From contig JAJRZD010000019.1 in the NCBI GenBank assembly GCA_024275415.1, positions 1-32,000 of the forward strand: a DNA stretch of 32,000 bases, written 5' to 3'. The notes below the pieces were generated by a model. It worked only from the letters and a program-made list of their open reading frames with translations. It searched no databases and was not told the DNA's origin. Positions 24,381 to 32,000 of the stretch are shown piece by piece. Positions within the stretch are counted from its first letter, which is position 1. Each line of letters starts with the position of its first letter. Source of the stretch: an archaeon (GTDB taxonomy: Archaea; Asgardarchaeota; Thorarchaeia; Thorarchaeales; Thorarchaeaceae). A program made the position numbers and the translations under genes.

Positions 24381-24863
24381 TTACTTTCCGCGTGCCTCTC
24401 TATAAAGCGTATCACTGCCATCAATCAGTTTTAGCAATATCCGATGGAAATCGATGATGTCCTGCTTGTTAAGGGCGGCAAACAACAACCTGAGGTTGTC
24501 GGCATGCTCTTGCGTGCGTCCCTTCCAGAACTCCTTATTCTCGTCCGTAGCCATGAGCAATTTCCGTCTTCTGTCTTTCGTGTCCTCGACGATATTGATT
24601 AGTTTCCTTTTCTGAAGTTGAAGGGCTATCTTCTTGATGTTCTGATGGGATGTACTTAGCACTTCCGCGACCTCACTGATTGATGGGGTGTGGTCAAATG
24701 CAGCGCCTATTGCTATCAGAACCAAAAGCTGTTTCGTCGTCAGGTTGTCCTTTTTGAGCATCGAGTCTGTGATGTACTCAAATCTCTGACTTATGAGAAA
24801 TAGATAGCCGAAGCAGTCTGCCATCATTTTTGATTGTTCATCGCTCATTTCCACATTCGACAC
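24381..24863 (-). CDS. MarR-family transcriptional regulator
   Basis: LTTKQLLVL, SISEVAE.L.TSHQNI..I...L, D..DRRRKLL. Confidence 0.9.
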   Translation of the reverse strand: MSNVEMSDEQSKMMADCFGYLFLISQRFEYITDSMLKKDNLTTKQLLVLIAIGAAFDHTPSISEVAEVLSTSHQNIKKIALQLQKRKLINIVEDTKDRRRKLLMATDENKEFWKGRTQEHADNLRLLFAALNKQDIIDFHRILLKLIDGSDTLYREARGK

Positions 24864-24946
24864 CTTTTCCTGTCATTTATGCTCTCCTGTTCGTTCTTAT
24901 GAGTAGGCGAGAGAGAAGACAGAGCCTCTCCCGCCGTTAGCGTCCT

Positions 24947-25858
24947 CTAATCAATTGCATGACTGGCAGTGAATGGGATCTTGCTTTTAATTAGATAGAA
25001 GAAACCACTCCATGACAGCACGCCTAGGATTGGAAATATGACCAGTCCTGCAGCGACCGCTCCTGCCAACTCAGGATCTCCGCTCAGGAGTTGTACTATT
25101 GCCATTGCATTCACTGAGGTTCCAAGCGTTATGAAGAACCCGAAGAAGAGTAGAATGACAGGGTACGCCTTCTGCGGTCTAGTGACCATCATGTACAATG
25201 CCATGAACCCTAATGGTATAGTGATGCCCAGATCAAAATAACGAACGACCCAGAATGCCGTTGGGGCAGTAGCATATGCCCCGCTACTCGTGGTTCCAGT
25301 CACTGCGACCTCATACATTTCGCTCATCCACATGATTGCGAAGAACATCAGAAATGTGCCTACCAACAGAACATAGACCCTCAAGCTCCGAGAGCTAAAT
25401 GAAGGAGCGTCCTTTTCTGAGAACAAAGAAAGGCTCCCTACTCCTAGCATCAAGCCACATATCATCATCGTCAAAAAAAGGAACGAGAACACTTCTACAT
25501 TCCCCACGTAGGTCGTTTCATTCCACTCCTGTCCGATGCCATAGGCAAGCCCATTATAGAGCAACGTGATTGGTGGAAGTATTAACAGATACTTTGCACC
25601 ATCGATATTCATTGCTAGCAAGACTCCTCCGATGATGAGGATAGGAGCTATCAGAAGGACATTGACATAGTCTTGTGCCATTGTCTGGTACACGCCAGAC
25701 TGTGATGTGCGATATTTGATCACATCCATTCCTATTGGTCCCAGAACCGCGAGAAGCACTAACACACTTGCAGCAATGAATGCTGTGATGCTAATCATGT
25801 ATCTCTCAAATGCCACGTATCTTGGCTCAATTAGTTCGTTGTCGTTTGACTTTTCCAA
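24947..25858 (-). CDS. Polytopic membrane protein of unknown function
   Basis: About 8-9 hydrophobic segments; GGTGA RBS before TTG 25858; motifs AQDYV and FDLGITIP. Confidence 0.8.
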   Translation of the reverse strand: MEKSNDNELIEPRYVAFERYMISITAFIAASVLVLLAVLGPIGMDVIKYRTSQSGVYQTMAQDYVNVLLIAPILIIGGVLLAMNIDGAKYLLILPPITLLYNGLAYGIGQEWNETTYVGNVEVFSFLFLTMMICGLMLGVGSLSLFSEKDAPSFSSRSLRVYVLLVGTFLMFFAIMWMSEMYEVAVTGTTSSGAYATAPTAFWVVRYFDLGITIPLGFMALYMMVTRPQKAYPVILLFFGFFITLGTSVNAMAIVQLLSGDPELAGAVAAGLVIFPILGVLSWSGFFYLIKSKIPFTASHAID

Positions 25859-25873
25859 TTTACTCACCAATTT

Positions 25874-25931
25874 AAGTAATAGGTTACCTAAACACATAAC
25901 ATATTACCTTATAAAGGTTAACATATTACCT
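25874..25931. promoter_or_regulatory. Three related 16-bp sites (consensus AGGTAA-N4-TTACCT) around a minus-strand TATA (TTTATA, 25910-25915); candidate MarR operators
   Basis: 25874-25889 AAGTAATAGGTTACCT, 25894-25909 ACATAACATATTACCT, 25916-25931 GGTTAACATATTACCT. Confidence 0.65.
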
Positions 25932-26075
25932 ATTTATCTGGAACGCTCTGGTACTACCTCTGAAATACGCATCACATCGTTCTCTTGCAAATGATGTGCA
26001 CTCCCCATCCGCAACAGTTACAAGCCATCGCGTTCTGCGAAGAGGATGTCCGGTTAGCTAGGAGCTGGCTTTACC

Positions 26076-27101
26076 TTGAATGACTCCCGTCAAGATCGAC
26101 TCGAGATGTACTCTCGCATGCTGGCATTGCGTGATTTTGATGAAGAAGATCTCAGGTCTGTTGAAGGTACCAGCATCACCGTTGTTGGAGCAGGTGGGCT
26201 TGGAAGTCCAATACTTCAGTTGCTGACCTCAATCGGCTTCGGAAAGATTCGTATCATTGATTATGATGTGGTAGAACTCTCTAACCTCCAGCGACAGACC
26301 ATATACAATTATGATGACATTGGCATCCCGAAGGTAGATGCAGCCGTCGCGAACCTTTCAAAGCAGAATCCTTTCGTGCAGTTCTAACCGATTGCCTTGG
26401 CAATCAAAGAGAGTAATGCTCTGGATCTCCTCAAAGGTACCGACATAATCGTTGACGGACTGGACACAATGACTGCTCGAAGGGCTGTCAATCAGGCAAG
26501 TTATGCTCTGAAGATTCCTTATGTTTACGCAGGTGCCATAGAATACTACGCTAACATTTCCACTTTCATACCTGACGAAACGGGATGCCTTTATTGCCTG
26601 GTTGGGGATATGGAAGATAACCCTGAGAATACGTGTGCCAATGTTGGGGTGTCGCCCATGTTGCTTTCACTGGTAGGAGCGATTGAGGTTCGGGAAGCGG
26701 TTTCATTGGCAACAGGAAGGCAACCGCGACTGGCTGGGAAATTAATGCATGCCGATATTGATGTGCTTGGATTTGACACATTTGATATTGCTCGCTCCGA
26801 TGCATGCCCGGTATGTTCTGCTGCACCCTCCACGTCATCATCAGAATCCGATGAGCTCAGTATCACCATGTTATGTACGAATAGTTTCAGCATATCCCCT
26901 TCGAAACCCTTGGCTCTCGACCTTGAGAGCGTTGTTACACGAGTTGAAACGCAACGCCTACTCAGGAGGAAAACTTCTGTCATCATCAAATTTGCCTCCG
27001 GGATATCGGTGACCCTGATGAATACCGGAAGTGCCGTCATCAAGGGTGCAAAAGATAAAGATGAAGCTCTTTCAGTCTATCACACTCTCGTTTCGCACTA
27101 G
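26076..27101 (+). pseudogene. moeB: MoeB/ThiF (E1-like) adenylyltransferase with C-terminal extension, interrupted by in-frame TAA at 26385-26387
   Basis: GAGGLG, DYDVVELSNLQRQ, IVDGLD, CLYC, TCANVGV, CPVC; reads VQF*PIALAI in frame across the stop. Confidence 0.8.
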
Positions 27102-28312
27102 AGATATAACGACAGCGCAGCCCGAGGGTTCTTGCGTAGCATACGAAATGTCAGCTTTCTCTTTGCCTCCTTCTGTGAGATTATCCCACCAATGGCACTT
27201 CCAATGAGTTGACGGGAGTAATAGTCATCTCTGAAGAAACTACAAAGGGTTTCCATGTTTCTTATACTCTTGTAGAACAGCTTGGCCATTGATTGGGTGA
27301 CATTGAGTTCGCTTAGAATCATTCTCTTGCAGTCCTCAACATAGGCACTCAATGCCATTGGATTCGATGCTACAACAGCTTCTCTAACGGCTGATGCAGC
27401 TAAGATGCCAGACTGGATTGCTTCAGGTATTCCCTCTCCTGTGAATGCGTCGACAAGTCCTGCAGCATCCCCAACTAATAGGGCTCTACCCTTGACCATC
27501 CGGCCGGCAGGTCGGACTGGGAATCGTGCGGAAGAATCTGATAGTATCTGTGGCTCGATGGAATGCTCATCCTTGAACTTGCTGAACCATCTCTCAAATC
27601 CCGCTCTTAGATTACTGACCTTGTCCTGTCTACAGCAGGCTCCAACACTTAGGATCTCGCGTTTTGGGAAGCACCATGTATAGCCATGTGGGAACTCTCC
27701 AAAGTACAACTGAATGAGACTTGTATCATCGTTACCCGGCTCTCCGCAGATCTCCCGTACTTTTTCTTCTCCAACCTTAGCTTCGATTTCAAGTGCGACG
27801 CTGGCAGAGTCGTTCCTCCAACCCGCGTAGAATCTAAGTTGTTTTGCGACTCTGCTATTCATACCATCTGCGCCAATCAAGAATTTTCCTGTATGCGTTT
27901 CTCCATCCATGGTGGTAACAGACACACTGGTCGAGCTCTCCTGTATATCTATCACCTCACAATTCTCCATGACCTGGGCTCCGGATTCAGCAGCCTTTAT
28001 CAGTAACAGGTGGTCGAAGTCCTCCCGCATGACTGTTATCCCTGGCTTGGAGCGATTTTCAGGGATACAATCCACTCGAAAGCCAGAGGGAGCAAAAATT
28101 GAAACACCGCTAATCTTTCTCTGTGCAACACTACTAAGGTCAAAATCTAGCAGTTCAGAAACCAAGAACCTCGCTCCGCCCGCGCACGGTTTGCTCCTAG
28201 GGAAGGTTTCTTTGTCCACCAGAAGGACTGACAGACCAAGATTCGCAGCCTGCTTGGCTGCAGAGGAACCAGCAGGGCCTGCACCTACAACTATCACATC
28301 GTACTCGGCCAT
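27098..28312 (-). CDS. Geranylgeranyl reductase-family FAD oxidoreductase
   Basis: DVIVVGAGPAGS, FPRSKPCAG, R..FDHLL, IGADG, GYTWCFPK, LVGDAAG.VD.FTGEGI. Confidence 0.9.
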   Translation of the reverse strand: MAEYDVIVVGAGPAGSSAAKQAANLGLSVLLVDKETFPRSKPCAGGARFLVSELLDFDLSSVAQRKISGVSIFAPSGFRVDCIPENRSKPGITVMREDFDHLLLIKAAESGAQVMENCEVIDIQESSTSVSVTTMDGETHTGKFLIGADGMNSRVAKQLRFYAGWRNDSASVALEIEAKVGEEKVREICGEPGNDDTSLIQLYFGEFPHGYTWCFPKREILSVGACCRQDKVSNLRAGFERWFSKFKDEHSIEPQILSDSSARFPVRPAGRMVKGRALLVGDAAGLVDAFTGEGIPEAIQSGILAASAVREAVVASNPMALSAYVEDCKRMILSELNVTQSMAKLFYKSIRNMETLCSFFRDDYYSRQLIGSAIGGIISQKEAKRKLTFRMLRKNPRAALSLYL

Positions 28313-28374
28313 CTCAAACCAGCCATATAGCCTACAACAACACTTCCCATTAAATCATTGCACTCGCTTTTATA

Positions 28375-29142
28375 TTAATAAGCCAAATAACCCCCATCTA
28401 CAGCAAGTGTCTGCCCTGTGATGTATCTAGCATCCTCACTTGCGAGGAAACATGCTGCGCCACGGATCCACTCGTTCTGTGCGAACATCGGGAGCGCGGT
28501 TCGTGGCTCTATCATCTGTGTCCGGATTGCATCATCATTGAAGGCTTCAGCTGACATACTGGTAGGAAAGAATCCCGGTGCTATAGCATTGACACGGATG
28601 TTGTGCTTTCCAAGCTCGATTGCTAGCGCCCGCGTCATCGTGATCATCCCGCCTTTCGAGGTGTAGTATCCCACCTCGGGGAACCGTGTCCCCCTGAACC
28701 CGAAGGTCGATGTGATGTTGATGATGACCCCTTCCTCCTTTTGGATCATCACACGCGCAACTTCTCTTGATGCGAGAAATGCTGAGGTTAGGTTTACATC
28801 CATAACTGTGTGCCAATCATCCAGTGTCTGCTCAATCAGAGGTTTTACGATGTACATTCCTGCATTGTTGACAAGGACATCCACTGTTCCGAATTCATTG
28901 ACCGCAGATTCTACAAGAGCGATGATGTCTTCTTCCTCCTTCACATCAGTTTGAATTGGTAGCGCCCTTACATCATATTCTTTCTCCAAGGTCTTAGCTA
29001 TTTCTTCAAGGAGATTCATTCGTCGGGCAGCAAGAACAATATTGGAACCCGATTCAGCAAAACCATGTGCGAATTGTTCTCCAAGACCAGCGGAAGCACC
29101 AGTAATGATTGTCACTTTCCCGTTCAGATCATATCTCTTCAT
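28375..29142 (-). CDS. Short-chain dehydrogenase/reductase
   Basis: TGASAGLG, LVNNAG, YYTSK (YxxxK), NAIAPG, ITGQTLAVDGG. Confidence 0.95.
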   Translation of the reverse strand: MKRYDLNGKVTIITGASAGLGEQFAHGFAESGSNIVLAARRMNLLEEIAKTLEKEYDVRALPIQTDVKEEEDIIALVESAVNEFGTVDVLVNNAGMYIVKPLIEQTLDDWHTVMDVNLTSAFLASREVARVMIQKEEGVIINITSTFGFRGTRFPEVGYYTSKGGMITMTRALAIELGKHNIRVNAIAPGFFPTSMSAEAFNDDAIRTQMIEPRTALPMFAQNEWIRGAACFLASEDARYITGQTLAVDGGYLAY

Positions 29143-29205
29143 CTCACGACCTCAAATCGTTTCTCTGTGAAGAGGTATGATATACCCCCAGATAAACCAT
29201 GACCA

Positions 29206-31209
29206 TCAAAGCAGTTGTTTTCCACGTTTGACAATATTCTCTGGCGAGAAACCAAATTTCTCAAAAAGCACCTCTGAAGGTGCTGAAGCACCGAACCTGT
29301 CTATCGATATCACATCTCCTTCCTGTCCTATCCATCTATCCCATCCGTGCCGCACTCCTGCCTCTACTGCAAGCCTTGCAGTCACAGCTGGTGGGAGGAC
29401 AGAATCCCGATATTCTTGACTCTGTGCTTCGAAGAGTTCCCAGCTGGGGAATGAAACGACCCGGACTGCAATTCCCTCAACAGATAGGCTTTTTGCGGCT
29501 TCTAATGAGGGCGACACCTCGGATCCGGACGCCATAATGATGAGATCCGGAATACCATCTGAATAGTCCGCCAGTACATATGCGCCTTTTTCGGTATTTC
29601 TTGAACTTGCATATTCGGAACGGTCAATAATTGGAACCCCTTGGCGGGTCAGCACAATCACGGTTGGCGAGTGCCGTCTTCCTATCGCAATTCGCCATGC
29701 CTCCACGACCTCATTGGCGTCAGATGGTCTAATGACAACAATATCTGGCATTGCCCGCAGGGTGGACAATTGTTCTATGGGCTGATGTGTTGGGCCGTCC
29801 TCTCCGAGACCTATACTATCATGGGTGAAGACCCATATGCTCGGATAACCTGACATTGCTGATAAACGAATTGCAGGTCGCATGTAGTCTGAGAAGATGA
29901 AGAATGTTCCCGCATAGGGGATAAAGCCTCCGTGAACCGCAAGGCCGTTCACAATGGCACCCATTGCATGTTCCCTGACACCATAGAAGATATTACGTCC
30001 TTCAGGAGTGTCCTTTTGAAACGCAGGACTATCATTGATCCATGTCTTGTTTGAGCCAGTCAAATCTGCAGAGCCCCCTATAAGCTCGGGAAGGCTCTTG
30101 GCAAGTATGTTCAGGACTTTCCCAGAGGCAGCTCGCGTAGGCATCATTTTCCCAGTGCTATCGAATACCGGCAGATCTGAATCCCACCCCTCTGGAAGGT
30201 TCCCCTGCAAACGCCTCTCAAGTTCTGTTCCAAGATTCTTGAACTGTTTCTTGTATGAGCGGAAGCGACTCTCCCACTCATTCTGCATCTTCTTGCCACG
30301 AGGAATTGCTTCCCTGAAATGTTCTAGAACATCCTTTGGGATGTAGTATCTCGGCTCTACGGGCCATCCAAGTGCTTCCTTTGCCCCATTCAGTTCTTCC
30401 TTCCCTGCCGGCTCCCCATGTGACTTCTCAGTGCCTTGTTTGGTCGGAAGTCCGAATCCAATTACGGTCTTGCACATGATCAGAGTTGGTTTAGAACCCT
30501 GTTTGGCGCCATTTATGGCATTATCAATCGTTTCCACATCATTTCCATCTTCGACCCTGACGACATTCCATCCTAGGGCATTATACTTGGCTGCAACATC
30601 TTCTGTGAACGTACGGTCCGTGCTACCATCAATGGAAATCCTATTGTCATCATATAGCACTATGAGCTTTCTCAGCCCCAAATGTCCCGCTAGGGATGAC
30701 GCCTCAGAGGCGATTCCCTCCATCAAGTCCCCGTCTGTCGCAATCACATATGTATAATGATCAACTACCTCATAATCTGGTCTGTTGTACACTGCTGAGA
30801 GGTTCGCCTCCGCAATCGCCAAACCGACCGCGTTACTGATACCCTGTCCAAGCGGTCCTGTGGTCACCTCGACTCCGGGAGTGCAGCCATATTCAGGGTG
30901 GCCGGGTGTCTTGCTTTCCCATTGTCTGAATCTCTTTATCTCCTCTAAGGGAAGGTCGTACCCTGTTAGATGGAGCAACGAATAGAGCAGCATCGACCCA
31001 TGTCCTCCCGATAGCACGAACCGATCCCTGTCTGGCCACATCGGGTCTTTTGGATTGAATCTCAAGTGTCGTGTCCAAAGGGCATATGCCATGGCAGCTG
31101 CCCCCATAGGCATTCCAGGATGTCCTGATTTTGCATCTTCAATTGCATCGGCTGAAAGGAAACGAATAGTGTTGATTGCTCTTTCTTGGAGTGAGGCTCT
31201 TGGTGTCAT
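29206..31209 (-). CDS. tkt: Transketolase, single-chain type
   Basis: [63 protein letters not shown]. Confidence 0.97.
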   Translation of the reverse strand: MTPRASLQERAINTIRFLSADAIEDAKSGHPGMPMGAAAMAYALWTRHLRFNPKDPMWPDRDRFVLSGGHGSMLLYSLLHLTGYDLPLEEIKRFRQWESKTPGHPEYGCTPGVEVTTGPLGQGISNAVGLAIAEANLSAVYNRPDYEVVDHYTYVIATDGDLMEGIASEASSLAGHLGLRKLIVLYDDNRISIDGSTDRTFTEDVAAKYNALGWNVVRVEDGNDVETIDNAINGAKQGSKPTLIMCKTVIGFGLPTKQGTEKSHGEPAGKEELNGAKEALGWPVEPRYYIPKDVLEHFREAIPRGKKMQNEWESRFRSYKKQFKNLGTELERRLQGNLPEGWDSDLPVFDSTGKMMPTRAASGKVLNILAKSLPELIGGSADLTGSNKTWINDSPAFQKDTPEGRNIFYGVREHAMGAIVNGLAVHGGFIPYAGTFFIFSDYMRPAIRLSAMSGYPSIWVFTHDSIGLGEDGPTHQPIEQLSTLRAMPDIVVIRPSDANEVVEAWRIAIGRRHSPTVIVLTRQGVPIIDRSEYASSRNTEKGAYVLADYSDGIPDLIIMASGSEVSPSLEAAKSLSVEGIAVRVVSFPSWELFEAQSQEYRDSVLPPAVTARLAVEAGVRHGWDRWIGQEGDVISIDRFGASAPSEVLFEKFGFSPENIVKRGKQLL

Positions 31210-31429
31210 TGCTGGCTATTCTCTCCACAAGGATTGATCAAATCCATCGGTTTGAACGATGCTCTCAGGACTCAACCCTCTTTTGGTTGTTACGCTTTGT
31301 AGGATTTCCAAGCACACGATCTGGTTCGAATCCCTAAGAGCAATCCTCGCTAACGGCTCAAGTGTGAATTTGCAACATCTTCTCATTGCTTCCTTCAAAT
31401 GCCATGTGCATTCCATCTTGCCTCATACA

Positions 31430-32000
31430 TCACAGCTCTAGTGTTTCTCCAATAGTATGTCCCGGAGGGAACCTGTTCATGAACTCTCCTTTGAGAATGT
31501 CCATGGTTACCATGTACTGAAACTTTCCCATCGAGAAAAGCATCTCTCGGAACACACCTACCTTTTTGAACCCAACCTTTTCGTAGGTTCTTATCGCACT
31601 CTTATTGTGTTCCAGAGCATAAAGGTAGATGTTATTCAGCCCGAGCACATGGCATCCCCCAGAGCGTAACTAGCATCGCTTCAGTCGCGTATCCTTTCTC
31701 CCTTTCATTGAAATTCCAGATCGAGATTCCAAGTTCAGCGTGTCTATGTACCTTTGAAATATCAAACAGGCTAGATGTTTCGAGGAACACCTTGGTGTCT
31801 TTGTGTTCGATTGCGAAGAGGATCTCTGCCCATTATCCCATGGTTTGGCAATACAAGCATTCTCCAACCACTGCTGTTCAGCCAGACGCGAGTTTGGGAG
31901 CGGATTTCCAAGATACTGTCTTGTATCAATATTGTTGATATACTGCATGAGGACATCAATGTCATTCACCTCAAGTGCCCGTAGATGAACATGATTACCA
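31430..32000 (-). pseudogene. RimJ/RimL-type GNAT acetyltransferase with two frameshifts; N-terminus off the window edge
   Basis: HLRALEVNDID...PWDNG / EILFAIE...RHAELGISIW...KGYATEAM..TLW / VLGLNNIYL...N..AI..YEKVGFK.VG; shifts near 31830 and 31655. Confidence 0.75.

Noticed and set aside
12793-26387. Stop-codon reassignment (TAA read as sense) to explain tupC and moeB
   Set aside because: Several intact genes end properly at TAA (for example 6539, 13824, 24947, 28375), so TAA is a normal stop.
31216-31441. Short ORFs between tkt and the GNAT remnant
   Set aside because: No recognisable motifs, and stops occur in the alternative frames.
1-32000. Many 60-150 aa ORFs antisense to or overlapping well-supported genes; CRISPR arrays, tRNA/rRNA, transposases
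   Set aside because: The shadow ORFs have no motifs. No regularly spaced repeats, cloverleafs or transposase/integrase motifs were seen.

Overview
Archaeal chromosomal window. Evidence for archaeal origin: archaeal-type VapB/VapC, MoaA/MoaC, a geranylgeranyl reductase, TATA-like promoters and GGTGA/GAGGT ribosome-binding sites. The style suggests Asgard/Thorarchaeia, but this is unverified. Layout: (1) 0.1-4.7 kb is a dense toxin-antitoxin array with three intact-looking PIN-type pairs plus several decayed or chimeric modules, and two copies of a ~150-bp structured repeat. (2) 4.7-6.1 kb holds gene remnants. (3) DsrE/YchN, acr3 and arsR. (4) A ThiI-like gene and a small MoeB-C-terminal-like gene diverge from larE, followed by tupABC and moaA-moaE-moaC-moaB-moeA (tungsten/molybdenum cofactor) and a DUF134 regulator that converges on a NifX-NifX-COG1149-COG1149 operon. 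(5) Cupin, methyltransferase, two tandem uncharacterised paralogs with a possible PsbP/Mog1-like fold, MarR plus a membrane protein, MoeB/ThiF, GGR, SDR, a single-chain transketolase and a GNAT pseudogene. tupC and moeB each carry one in-frame TAA. No tRNA, rRNA, CRISPR array, integrase or transposase was seen. All family assignments are from motif recognition by eye; no searches were run.
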